A DNA stretch of 64,000 bases from Naegleria gruberi (taxonomy: Eukaryota). The position numbers and the translations under genes are program-made. The notes beneath the pieces are model-generated. The model made no database searches. It was not told the origin of the DNA and was given only the letters and a program-made list of their open reading frames with translations. Shown here one piece after another: positions 32,244-43,442 of this stretch. The stretch lies in the NCBI GenBank assembly GCA_000004985.1, contig GG738912.1; one strand, given 5' to 3'. Within the stretch, counting starts at the first letter, position 1; every line of letters starts with the position of its first letter.

Positions 32244-34058
32244 ATGATCACCCCAATCTTAGTTGGTATCGATTATGGAACTACCAATACCAAAGCAAGC
32301 ATTCGTGAAGAATACATCTGTAACCAACCTAAATGCATTGAATTTGTAAGTGGTAAAAACTATCTTTCATCAGAGATTGCCATCAACAAGAAAGATAAAT
32401 CTTGCATTGTTGGCTTGGAGGATGGCGAATCAACATATTACAAGATTGCCGAATCCAAACGATTGATTGGCAGAGCCTACAAGTCTGTAATGAATAAGGA
32501 AGATTTTAGTACAAGACTTGGTTACCATGTTGCAAATGTTGATGGAATGGCAAACATTAGAATCAACTCAACCACAGATGGTAGCAATGATGTTGAAATT
32601 ATTGATATCGATCCAAGATTAGTTACTGCTGACATTCTTAAAAAAGTCAAAAAGCATATCATTGATACCAACAACTATCCAGATGATACAATTGTTCAAG
32701 CTGTGGTTACTGTCCCAGCTAATTATGGATATAGTCAGAAATCTGCAACAATGGAAGCTGCCGAGTTGAGTGGATTGCAAGTTCTACTGTTAATCCCAGA
32801 ACCAACAGCAGCTGCACTTGCTTTCTTAGATTCCAAGAAATTCTCTGATGGTTATTATCTTGTAATTGACTTTGGTGGTGGCACTCTCGATCTCTCACTT
32901 GTCCATCTGGAAGGTAAGAAAGTCATTGTAAAGAAAGTGTTTGGTAACATGTTTTTGGGAGGAGGAGATGTCGATCAAGCCATTGCAGAAGTGTTGAAAA
33001 CCAAGATTGACCCAGCACTTGAAATTCCAGTTCAGATTGAGAACATCTTTAGTAAGACTACAGAAATTGTCAATTTCAACAATGCTATTCTAAAGAAAAA
33101 ATCCAAAACACTCAAGGAAATGCTGAGCGAAGGAACCAACGAAGAAATTTCTTTGAGTATTAATTTGAAAGGTTATAGTGGTATGAAAATTGTCAATCTG
33201 TCATTTTCCAAACAAGAACTTTGTGCAGTTTTGAATTCAAAGTTTAGAGAACCTTTTGAAAAGGTCTTGAAAGAATGTAAGAATGGAATGGAGTGTGAAT
33301 TAGATGGTATTCTCCTTGCTGGTGGCTCATCTAAACTACCAACCATTGAATCTTGGACTAGAAATGTGTTTGAACAAGTTACAATTCATACACATGCACA
33401 TGATGTTCAAACTCTTGTTGCAAGAGGAGCTTTCTTAGCAGCAGAGTCAATCAGAAATGGCACAAATCAACTAGAGAATTTGCAAGTGATGGAAGAAGTA
33501 ACCGCAACCCATTTGGGAATTGAGACAAAGAATGTGGTGACTGATAAAGTAGAATTCACAACATTAATTCCAATGCACAGCCCTTTAAAAACTTCCTTTA
33601 CAAAGACCTTTACAAACGTTGTTGATGATCAAGAGAAAGCGAAAATTAGAGTATTGGAAAATTTGTCAGAATCTTTTGAAGATTCTACTGAAATATCCAG
33701 TTTGGTAATCAATATCATGAAAAGAAAGAAGGGAGAAACCAAGATTGATGTTACTTTTTCTGTTGATTTGAATGGTATCCTTCAGGTTGCCATTGTAGAA
33801 CAAGGAAGAGATTCTGATAATAAGCACGAAATCAAAACTACGTTGACCAATTTGTGGACTCCTGAACAAATAGAAGAGTTTCGTAAAAGAAAACATTTTA
33901 GTGTCCAAGAGGTAACTAAGGTTGCAGCACAACAAGTACCAAGCTTGAGTCAAAATCTTAGTAGTCAAATTCAATTTGACCTCTTAGATGAATTATTCAA
34001 AGGTCCAAATAAGCAAGTTCTCATTTTGGATACAGGTGCCAATAAACCATTATTATAA
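32244..34058 (+). CDS. Divergent Hsp70-like protein (C) with both nucleotide-binding and substrate-binding-like regions.
   Basis: VGIDYGTTNTKAS, VVTVPANYGYSQKSATMEAAELSGLQVLLLIPEPTAAALAF, LVIDFGGGTLDLSLV, LGGGDVD, ILLAGGSSKLPTI and VARGAFLAAE. Confidence 0.7.
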   Translation: MITPILVGIDYGTTNTKASIREEYICNQPKCIEFVSGKNYLSSEIAINKKDKSCIVGLEDGESTYYKIAESKRLIGRAYKSVMNKEDFSTRLGYHVANVDGMANIRINSTTDGSNDVEIIDIDPRLVTADILKKVKKHIIDTNNYPDDTIVQAVVTVPANYGYSQKSATMEAAELSGLQVLLLIPEPTAAALAFLDSKKFSDGYYLVIDFGGGTLDLSLVHLEGKKVIVKKVFGNMFLGGGDVDQAIAEVLKTKIDPALEIPVQIENIFSKTTEIVNFNNAILKKKSKTLKEMLSEGTNEEISLSINLKGYSGMKIVNLSFSKQELCAVLNSKFREPFEKVLKECKNGMECELDGILLAGGSSKLPTIESWTRNVFEQVTIHTHAHDVQTLVARGAFLAAESIRNGTNQLENLQVMEEVTATHLGIETKNVVTDKVEFTTLIPMHSPLKTSFTKTFTNVVDDQEKAKIRVLENLSESFEDSTEISSLVINIMKRKKGETKIDVTFSVDLNGILQVAIVEQGRDSDNKHEIKTTLTNLWTPEQIEEFRKRKHFSVQEVTKVAAQQVPSLSQNLSSQIQFDLLDELFKGPNKQVLILDTGANKPLL

Positions 34059-34781
34059 ATCTTCAGTAAATATTCTACCAAACAATACAATAAAAAGAGC
34101 CGTTAGTGGATAGAAAAGCACTATCGCTAGCACAGTTAGAATGATGAAAAATACAAAACTAGAAAGGTCAATCTTCTTTTGGAAACCATAGGTCAAGCTA
34201 AACAATCCATTATCATGATAATAACAATCGTGCAGACCTTCTTTCTTTCGAATTATTTCACTAACATTTACACAACCGTAGCGATAGAATTTTTCAATAT
34301 CATATTCTTCGTCAACATTTCTGAGTGTGGAATTGTAAACTGTTATGGAAACGTTTAGGTAGAGTACATCTGTGTATTTGATACAGTCATCATACCAATC
34401 ATAATCCACACAACGTTGTTTCACATAAACCATACATTCAGATACTGGACATTGTTGCAATGGGGTTGAGAATAAAGTTATCAGAAAGAAGAGCACTAAA
34501 AACAACGCAATGAAATGAGCAAAAAAATTCAGTAACATTGAAATGAAATAAATCGTGAATACCTTCCAAGGGAAACGTTCAATATCAAATTTAGAACGAT
34601 ATTTACGATAGTAATAGGCATTATGTTGTTCACGCCAGAATCCTGATTTTTCAACTAGACTATGGCATTGTCTATTAACATGGGAGAAGGATGCATAGCC
34701 TGTTCTAGGAATGAATGTGAATACCACTGAAAGCTCATCAGAATTAAGAGGTCTCAGCTTGTTTCGAATATTATTCTTCAT
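34053..34781 (-). CDS. Hypothetical multi-pass membrane protein.
   Basis: Intact ORF with aaaaaaATG context and several hydrophobic segments. Its stop overlaps the convergent stop of the Hsp70-like C gene by 6 nt. No recognisable family motif. Confidence 0.35.
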   Translation of the reverse strand: MKNNIRNKLRPLNSDELSVVFTFIPRTGYASFSHVNRQCHSLVEKSGFWREQHNAYYYRKYRSKFDIERFPWKVFTIYFISMLLNFFAHFIALFLVLFFLITLFSTPLQQCPVSECMVYVKQRCVDYDWYDDCIKYTDVLYLNVSITVYNSTLRNVDEEYDIEKFYRYGCVNVSEIIRKKEGLHDCYYHDNGLFSLTYGFQKKIDLSSFVFFIILTVLAIVLFYPLTALFIVLFGRIFTEDL

Positions 34782-35593
34782 TTTTTTCTTGTTGATTATT
34801 ATGATGTTTCTTGGCTTTACCTATTTAAATGATATTTAAAAGATAATATTAGTCTTCTAATTACAAGTCCCACCACAGGTTCCTGGTACAAAGAGCTCAA
34901 TCAAAAAAGTACACGTTTACAATAAATAATTTGATTAATATTGAAAATAAAGGTATTAATATCTTAATCTTCAATATTAATAGAATACAATGGCTTCTCA
35001 CACTAGAATGTCTTTTTATAGGACTTCATTTTGTTTAATTTATAGATGATGAATATCTAGTAGTATTGGGTTTTACATCCAACCCCATCATGAAAAGACT
35101 TTGATCCGATGATGATAAAATTTAATGGTGATGATAAATTTGCTCCAGTGCTACATATATCCTGTTCGGAATTTTTTAAAAAATAATTTAAAAAATAGGT
35201 TTGGAACGAATTATGGTGTTTTATTTGTCAAGCCTGTAGCTAAATTGCTAAAACCTTTCAACAAATTCTTGCGTATTTAATTGCAAATACTTCACCATCA
35301 TCATCAATATTAAAATTACAACACATGATTGAAGAATTTAAATTAGTATTGGTTGGGTCCGATCCACCATGTAAATTTACAAATCATTGAAAATATTATG
35401 AAATTTAAAAATTCAATTTTTCATAGTATTGTGTATGGATTGGATTTGGAAATTGTATTACAAAATTATTGCCAATTATGAAATCATAAAGGAATAATTA
35501 TGAGATGATCAGAGGAAAATTTGTGCCTTGTTGACTTTGAATCTCATACCTTTTCCAGATAATAAACATCATATTTCCATCAGAAAAAGAAAA

Positions 35594-36777
35594 ATGCAAG
35601 ATCTGTTGGAAAAAGCGCAACACCATCACGAAAAATTAACATCTGATCTGTTGAATATTAAAAAACAACATTTAAACAAAGAGGAAGAGGAATACGAAAA
35701 GTTTCGAATAACAAATTTGGCAAATATTAGCAATGTAAAGTTGCGGATGAAAAAGAGACGAATATTTGCCATGGACAGTTCGATTTATGGAATTTCTTGG
35801 TCTAGAGATTCATCACTGGTTGTGTCTGTAGCGAGAGGAGGAAATTTAGCAGTAAGTTTTCAAACTGAATGAAGAATAATTTAATTTAGTATAGTTTTGG
35901 AGAACTAGAGAAAATAAGAAAATCGCTGAAATGATGGTTTTGGATTATTGGACAATGTGCTGCAGTTTAAGTCCTTCTGGAAGGTTGATAGCAACTGGAG
36001 GAACCAGAAATGATGTTTATGTTGGTAAGTGATTGGAATATTGGATTCTAAACTGAACTATTTCAGATATTGTTAAAGAAGGAACGTATAAACAAATAAT
36101 TACTCCAACATTTAGAAACATGAGTGGACACCGTGGTTATTTGAGTAGTTGTGAATTTATTGATGAAATTCAACTAGTAACAAGTTCTGGCGATGGGTAT
36201 TGTATTTTGTGGGATGTGGAAATGGGAAGAGCTGTTCATTATTTCAAAGTATGTTGGAATTATTTGGAATCTGATTTAATTAAAAATATTATAGAAACAC
36301 AAATCGGATTGCATGTCAGTTTCTGTAAATCCAATTGATAGGAATTTGTTCATTAGTGGCTCGTGTGATATGAAAGTTTGCTTGTGGGATTTGAGAATGA
36401 AAAAATGTGTGAATTCATTTAAGGGTCATCATTCACATGATATCAATGCTGTGAAATTTTTTCCAAATGGATTGGGTTTCGTAACTGGATCAGAAGATCT
36501 TACCTGTAAACTATTCGATTTAAGGGTTGAAAGACCACTAACGACATTCTCAAATGATGAACTAAATGAGCCAATATCAAGTGTATGTTTCAGCAAGTCG
36601 GGTAGAATTCTATTTGCAAGCCATGGTCCAAGTATTATTGCTTGGGATACCTTAACAGGAAAAATGAATTGTGAAATTGCCAAACTGAATATCAAGTGTT
36701 CTTGCTTGGAAGTTTCTCCTGATGGAAGTGCATTGGCTGCAGGTTCTTGGGATCACTTTCTCCGAATATTTGCTTGA
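35594..36777 (+). CDS. Heterotrimeric G-protein beta subunit (WD40), about 350 aa. Four exons: 35594..35851, 35895..36024, 36067..36248 and 36295..36777, with introns of 43, 42 and 46 nt.
   Basis: The exons align end to end with canonical G-beta: …VVSVARGGNLA|FWRTRENKK…YWTMCCSLSPSGRLIATGG…|D|IVKEGTYK…GHRGYLSSCEF…VTSSGDGYCILWDVEMG…|KHKSDCMSVSVNPIDRNLFISGSCD…FFPNG…GSWDHFLRIFA. Donors are GTAAGT or GTATGT and acceptors are AG. Confidence 0.8.
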
Positions 36778-37122
36778 AGCTATTATGGATAATTTCAGTT
36801 AGAAGGGAAGTTTGAATATTCGAAAGATGAGTGGAACTGAATCATCGTTACAACAGCTAGTTTTACAAATGATTAGCATTTGAAACAGATTAACATTGAA
36901 ACAAAGCTTAAACGAGTGAATAATATGCAAAATGAAAAATAATATTGAAGCATCATGATTAAGGTGGAATCAAAGACATCTGGTAATGTTTCTAAAACAT
37001 TCGATCTTCCATTAGACCAATATATGAATAAGAACACAATTTAAAATTCCGAATCCATCATATCCGTATGTCTATTAAAAAAGAGAATTAAGAAAACACA
37101 AAAATCAACTAACATTAAAAAA

Positions 37123-39538
37123 ATGCCCAACAGAGGACAAGGAAATAACTCCTCTGCTTTATTCGGTGCACCTCCTCCAACATCATCATTATCATCTCTA
37201 ATAACAAATTCCGCCATGATGAATAATAATAATTTATTGTTAATGCAGCAACAACAGCAACAGCAGCAACAAGTGGGAAATAAGGATCCTGCTACATCAT
37301 ATAATAATAATAATAATAACAATAATAATAATATTGAAAGTGAAACTAGTAATGATAACGAAGATAGTCAACAAGGAGGAAAGTTTGCTAGTATTGCCTG
37401 TACCTCGTGCAGAAAGCTGCATCGGTATGTATTCTGTAGAATTAACTATTAATTTAAATAATAATGAATAATGAATATTTATATGTGATTACGTTATGTT
37501 GATATTTAAATAATATAGTAAATGTGATAAAACTCTTCCTTGCTGCGCATATTGTGTCAAGACTGGAAAACAATGTGTCTATCCATCACCAAGACGTGGA
37601 AAACAATTTCAACAACAGAAAAAAGCAAATCAATCATCATCCGATGCTCATTCACAACTATTTAATAATCCTTCCGTGGAATCAATGGAAGGTCCTTCAC
37701 TAACTATTCCTACTTCATCTTTTAAACACATTTCTAGTACAAGTTCAATTGATAGTCAGAGTTCAACCTCGTCATCGAATGATGCCTCACCAATACACTA
37801 TACTCCGTATGATACCGGAAAGACTCAACATGAACTCAATTATAAATATGTAGCTACACAGAGTTTAGATATCTACTATAGTGTATTGTGTTACGGATAT
37901 CCACTCATAGAGAGGGAAAGATTACAATCACTAATTGATGGAGGAAAACAAAAAAAGAATGGTCAAAATACGCCACTCTTTGTTTGGCAAAGTAAATTGG
38001 ATCAAGAAAAGGATTATGGACTATTGTACACAATGCAGGCCTTGTGTCTTCAACAATTGGGCCACAAGGATATTTCTTCACAACTCTTCCTTAAAGGAAA
38101 ACAAATAGTTGGTAAATTCTTTGATGAAGTTGACACGTTGAACATTCCGATTGCCATGAAGTTTATGGCTGAATATTTACTAGGCTCAGGAGAAAAGAAG
38201 AAGGCACGAGTGCTGACATCTACTATTAGAACAAATATTGCACCATATCTCAAAGGTAGTGGGCTCATCAACCCTAATAATATGGATAAGGACTTTGGTT
38301 GGATAGATAAGGAACCAAGACTTTTCCCATCTGTTCTATTGGAGAGTCAACTCAAATATTTGGAATTCTTTTTAACAGAGGAAGAATCTCCACAAACATT
38401 TATTTTCGAAGAATTGGAAATTTTAGGCCACAACAAGATGAAATTAGACCTCTCAAAAGTTGGACCAACCTGTAAGAACCTTAATGAAGAAAACAAACAA
38501 AAACTTTTAGCAATCATCAAGACGTATGAGTGTTTCACCGATTTGGTATTTAATACTTTAGCAAAGAAGGATGCACTTGTCTACCTGATAGCTCAACTCA
38601 CAAACAAACAAGTTCATTTGGAAATTTTGCTAAACTGCAGTCCTCAAATAATGGACATTGGTGAGATGCTCAAAATTTCTTACCAAATTATTGAACTTAC
38701 AAAGAACAACTTTTTCACATATATTCCTATTTTCTCTACCAAAGCCATAGTGCTGGCTTGTAGTGTTAGACTGAAATATAATAATCAAGGGCTGAATCCA
38801 CATGGTTTTATAGATTTTAGAGATGATTTAAGAGCTTTAAGAGTGCTGGCTAACCGATTTACTCTCATTCAAAAGGAACATGCCCAGCTCATCAAGACAA
38901 TTGAAAGCGTTTTATATACACAGTCGCTGACACAATCCCACAAGGATATTCCATTTGGCGGTCAACCATCATTCACCTCGGAAGAAAATCCATTCCAAGC
39001 CTTGTTAAATAATCCATCTTCTTCATTCTCTCCAGAGGCTGCCATCTCTGATATTTTACCACCTAACGGATACTATGATGATTTTCTGGATCATGAACAT
39101 GATATTGGACTTTATTCCCAGGGTGATTTGTTTGCCAGCCATCTTTTGGATACTTTCTATGAAAATAATGTGTATGAAACTCGATATAGAAGAATGATGG
39201 AAGATGTTATGGAAGGTTCGGAGAGATTCTCCATTTCCATTCAAAATATGATCAAACAACAACAAGCTCAACAACTTCCAGATGCCCTCCAAAGAGCTGA
39301 GGGTTTAAAGAAGCTACGATTGGATTTGGCAAACCAAATGATAGATATTGCCAAACAACATAACGATATTCCTAGTGTTATTGAGGCTGAGCTCTTCAGA
39401 AGGCAAGTTATTGCTGCCAATGTCAATACACAACAAGCTATACAACTACAACAAAATATAAGAGACAATCATCAACAATTTTCACAATTCTTGGAAACTG
39501 ATTCGAACTTTATGGATGAATATCCTTTTGAAATGTAA
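37123..39538 (+). CDS. Zn(II)2Cys6 binuclear-cluster transcription factor (1), about 773 aa. Two exons: 37123..37424 and 37519..39538, with a 94-nt intron.
   Basis: The intron splits the zinc cluster: …ACTSCRKLHR|KCDKTLPCCAYCVKTGKQCVYPSPRRGKQ… (GTATGT donor, phase 2; aatatAG acceptor). Poly-Q/N N-terminus. Joins ORFs 37123..37452 and 37676..39538. Confidence 0.7.
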
Positions 39539-39808
39539 ATTGTAAATTACCTATTTATTGAATCATGTAAATAATGAAACTGAACTTAATAAAACTGAAG
39601 AAAATTTCAGCATCTCATATTTTAAGGAGAATGTGATAGTAGTGTCTATTTATTTCAAATGTTTTTTAAAAAACAAATTAAATGGATCACAATTTTAACC
39701 ATAAGCGCACATTTATTTCCTCTGTGGACTAATTAAAATCAGTTAGCGGATGAATTGATGAGAGGACATTAAACAGCCATCTTCCTCGCCAAAATTCAAA
39801 TCAAAAAA

Positions 39809-41639
39809 ATGGATTCATTAGAGTTTTCACCATTTAGTCCTTCATCGTGTCTTTCTCTGGGAGGAGAGGTAATACAAACGTCAACAACAAACACTGCAAC
39901 AAGTAGTAACAGTCATGATTCACCATCAAAACTATCAATCGAAGAAGAAAAAGAAATTGATGTGGATAATAGTGATAAGGGAGGAAAACATCCGATTGCA
40001 TGTGCTCGTTGTAGAAAACTGCACAAAAAGGTATGTGATGCTTCTTTGCTTTCTGGTGGTAATCAATAATAATTTAGTGTGACAAAAAGTTGACTGGTTG
40101 TTCGAAATGTGCAAATGCAGGAGTTGATTGTGTGGTAAGTGAATGAAAGCAATTTTCATTAATTTTCTTGAATAATATTCGAAATAGTATAAAACTCCTC
40201 AAAAGAGAGGAAAAGGAGCTGAGCTTTATGCTCAAAATCCATCAAAAAAGAAAAAGAAATCATCAGAATCAATCTCTTTACCTTCAACAGAAATTCAATT
40301 GGAAAAGAAGGGTGTCTTGACAGGAATTACAATGACTGATGTGTATTTTACCTTTGTTTGTGGAATTCATCCAATGATTGAAAAGGAAAAATTGAAATAT
40401 TTTGTAAATAATTGTCTTTATCAATTTGAAAACAAATCAACAGGAGAGGAATTAATACTGGAAGATAATATTTGGATCAAATCAATTGGAGAAATGAAAT
40501 GTTTATATGCTTTATATTTAGCATTGATGAGCGTATCATCTCAAATTGTTGCAGATTTGGAAACAGTTGACAAATGCTTGAGGAAGGCAGAGATAGAGGT
40601 TGCTCTCCTTTCAATAGATTATTCCACAGAGTTTTACTGGGCTGTTGCTTGTCATTATATTAATGTTGCTTACATTGGAGATGGGGATCAGTACAAATCG
40701 AGGTATTACCTTTCCAAAGTGAATTTTTATCTTGAGAATCATTCAGAAAATTCGAATCCATTTTACAGAGTTCTCTACACACACAGTGGAGTTATTTCTT
40801 CGAGATTTAGGAATGAAACATTCTCTTTACAGACACTGCTGAATGGAACAAAGAATATGTTTGAATATTTCACGAATCGTAAAGTGGAAGATGTGTTTCT
40901 TCCAGGAACGTGGGAATACATGATGAATACGAAAATATCTCAACAAAATTATTTACTATTCAAACAGGTTTCTGATTACATTTTCAAAGTGATTGGAGAA
41001 CACAAATTTCAAGCTCAACGAAGTTTGACAGATTGTCACAGCACTGAATATTTCAAAATTCAGAGATTATTCACATGCATGTTAACAGAGGGTTTTTCAT
41101 TCATGTTCATGAAACAAATTCCTGAGATTAGTTTCAATGTAATGGAAGAAATTGCATTGAAAATTACTCTAATGACAGAAAATGAAATGTTTCCATTCCT
41201 AGTTCTTGGAACAATCAATATAGTTGTGGAAACAACTGAATTCCATCTTGGTATTTGTAAAAAGATTGATCTAGGACTTAAACCAAAGCTGGGAACTGTC
41301 AGAACATCCCCATCTAAATCAGTGACTTTTGATTATTTCTCAATTTTAGAAAAAGATTTGAGAGCTCTCAAAATATTGGCAGCTCGATATAGAAGAGTTA
41401 TGAAACTATATCCAAATTTAATTAGTGACATAACCGAACTTATAGAACGAAACAAAATGAAAGATCAAGTTTCATCTACTTTACTTTCCGTATCTGAAAT
41501 ACCTCCATTCTTTGCTCCACCACAACAAGATGAAATTCTGAGAAAGCAATTGGAACAAGCATTCAAAAGGCCAGAGGATGTTGATTCTTATTTTGCTGAG
41601 CAATCACTAGGGGATTGGGAAGAATTATTCAATTTTTAA
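39809..41639 (+). CDS. Zn(II)2Cys6 transcription factor (2). Three exons: 39809..40030, 40078..40134 and 40188..41639.
   Basis: …ACARCRKLHKK|CDKKLTGCSKCANAGVDCV|YKTPQKRGK… Introns have GTATGT and GTAAGT donors (47 and 53 nt). The C-terminal region is highly similar to the gene at 44944. Confidence 0.7.
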
Positions 41640-41722
41640 TAAAATATTTAGAAAACTTTGAAATCAAATATTTTAACAAATTCCATATTTAGAAAATTTA
41701 GAAATTACAATTTTTTTATTAT

Positions 41723-43123
41723 TTATTTGAAAACAAGAACAACATTCTTTTCTGCAAAACCACAGTAAAGTTCTCCAGTAGCACTGTCCAAAGCAATTAC
41801 CATTCCACTTCCAGCATGATATAAACCAAACTTGTAAGGACTATTCTCATTCATGAAAGAAGTGAGACAGGTTCCATCTTCCTTCATAGAATCAATACCA
41901 TATTGAACACAATAAATCTTATTAGTATTTGGTTCAAATTGTGGACATTTTTGAGTGTAGGTTCTTTGCTTGTCAAATTTCTTTAAGATTTTTCCATTCT
42001 TGTTAGTTACCAAGATGGTATCTTCATTGATAAGGACAAGTTCGTTATTGACATTAATACCCATACAATCAATTCTGCTCAATCCAAAAACATTGTTTCC
42101 TTGAATGTTTTGTCTCAAAGTCTTGATAATTTTACCAGTGTCAGGTGACAAAAAGTCAACTCCTCCATTTTGAGCAATGTAAATAGTACCATCAACCTTA
42201 TCAACAGCCATACTATAAATCATACCAGTGCCATCATTTTCCCAGAATACCATCTTACCATTTCTAGAAATTTTCACAATGGTTGATGCACAACATCTGT
42301 CAATAACATAAACAAGTGCCTTATCCTTGGTATCATAACAGAGATGCATATTATCTCTGTCTTGAGGTTCCTTGAAGTGATTCTTCAACATTTTAGTCTT
42401 TAAATCAAATTCAAAGAAAGTCCAACGATCAGCAACGAAAATGGTACGATTGACTGGATCAATTGCAAGACCAGCAACTCCAGCAAATTCAAAATTAAAA
42501 TCTTCATTCTCACCCAAAGTACCAATATGATTATAATTTCCACTGAATGGAACAAAACCACCAGAAGAAGCAGCAACAGATGAACCAGAACCACCAGAGG
42601 AAGAACCTGCACTAGTCAACTCTGAAACATCATTAACATGAGATTTGGTCTTGTTTGATGAATTGTGCAATTTCAAGTGATTTTCACACATGTGAGCATT
42701 ACATTGTTTACAATGATGAGTTGCCAAAACTTTCTCTTCATCATCAGTCAAACACTTGTCACAATTCTTTGCAGCAGAAACTTGACTTTCAATTGGAACC
42801 ACTGAAGAAGCATGTGATTTAGTCTTATTGGAAGTATTGTGAAGATTCAAGTGGTTTTCACAAAAGCACATATTACAGCTAGGACAGGAATGAGTAGCTG
42901 GAATAGTTTCGTCTTCATCCTTTAAACATTTATCACAGTTTCGAATAGTGGATGCTGCAGATAATTCAACAAGATCACTAACGTGTGATTTAGTCTTGTT
43001 TGAAGTATTGTGAAGATTTAAGTGATTATCACAATAGTTCATTTTACATTGCTTGCAGTTGTGAGTTGCAGGCACAGTTTCGTTTTCGTCCTTCAAACAT
43101 TTATCGCAATTGACAACTTTCAT
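41723..43123 (-). CDS. Three B-box-type zinc fingers followed by an NHL-repeat beta-propeller (TRIM-NHL-like architecture without a RING).
   Basis: Three copies of CDKCLxDExExVxATHxCxxCxxxxCxNHLxLHNxSNKTKSH (B-box-like C/H spacing), a Ser/Gly linker, and a C-terminal region with NHL-like repeats (…TIFVADR…, …YVIDR…, …IYIAQNG…). Confidence 0.6.
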   Translation of the reverse strand: MKVVNCDKCLKDENETVPATHNCKQCKMNYCDNHLNLHNTSNKTKSHVSDLVELSAASTIRNCDKCLKDEDETIPATHSCPSCNMCFCENHLNLHNTSNKTKSHASSVVPIESQVSAAKNCDKCLTDDEEKVLATHHCKQCNAHMCENHLKLHNSSNKTKSHVNDVSELTSAGSSSGGSGSSVAASSGGFVPFSGNYNHIGTLGENEDFNFEFAGVAGLAIDPVNRTIFVADRWTFFEFDLKTKMLKNHFKEPQDRDNMHLCYDTKDKALVYVIDRCCASTIVKISRNGKMVFWENDGTGMIYSMAVDKVDGTIYIAQNGGVDFLSPDTGKIIKTLRQNIQGNNVFGLSRIDCMGINVNNELVLINEDTILVTNKNGKILKKFDKQRTYTQKCPQFEPNTNKIYCVQYGIDSMKEDGTCLTSFMNENSPYKFGLYHAGSGMVIALDSATGELYCGFAEKNVVLVFK

Positions 43124-43442
43124 GTTTAGTTTCTGATATTTTTTAAAGTTTTTGATTTGTGTTTAAAGAGATGTGTTTGCTCACTTTTATACTTGGTTGA
43201 GAACCGCCCTCACACTCTCGACCTTTCAATTCTGAGCAAGTTTCGAATAGTTTCATTAAGAGACAATTTTTTGCCTACCAGTTTAAAAAGACAACCCAAT
43301 GAACATGTCGAGAACACAACAAGGAAGAGAGCTTTTTTGGAAAGGGTGATATTGCGTTTTACACATGAGTAAACTTTCGAGAGTTTTTTTGAACTAATTG
43401 CTGAAGTTTCGCATAAATTAAAAAAATAGAGAAACGTTTCAG

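Noticed and set aside
34053-34058. A 6-nt overlap of convergent stop codons between Hsp70-like C and the membrane-protein gene.
   Set aside because: This is a trivial consequence of tight gene packing, so it is not treated as a finding.
37041-37322. Minus-strand ORF with a poly-Cys run (CCCCCCCCC).
   Set aside because: It is the antisense of the CAA/CAG poly-Gln and AAT poly-Asn tract in exon 1 of Zn2Cys6 gene 1. It is not a real gene.
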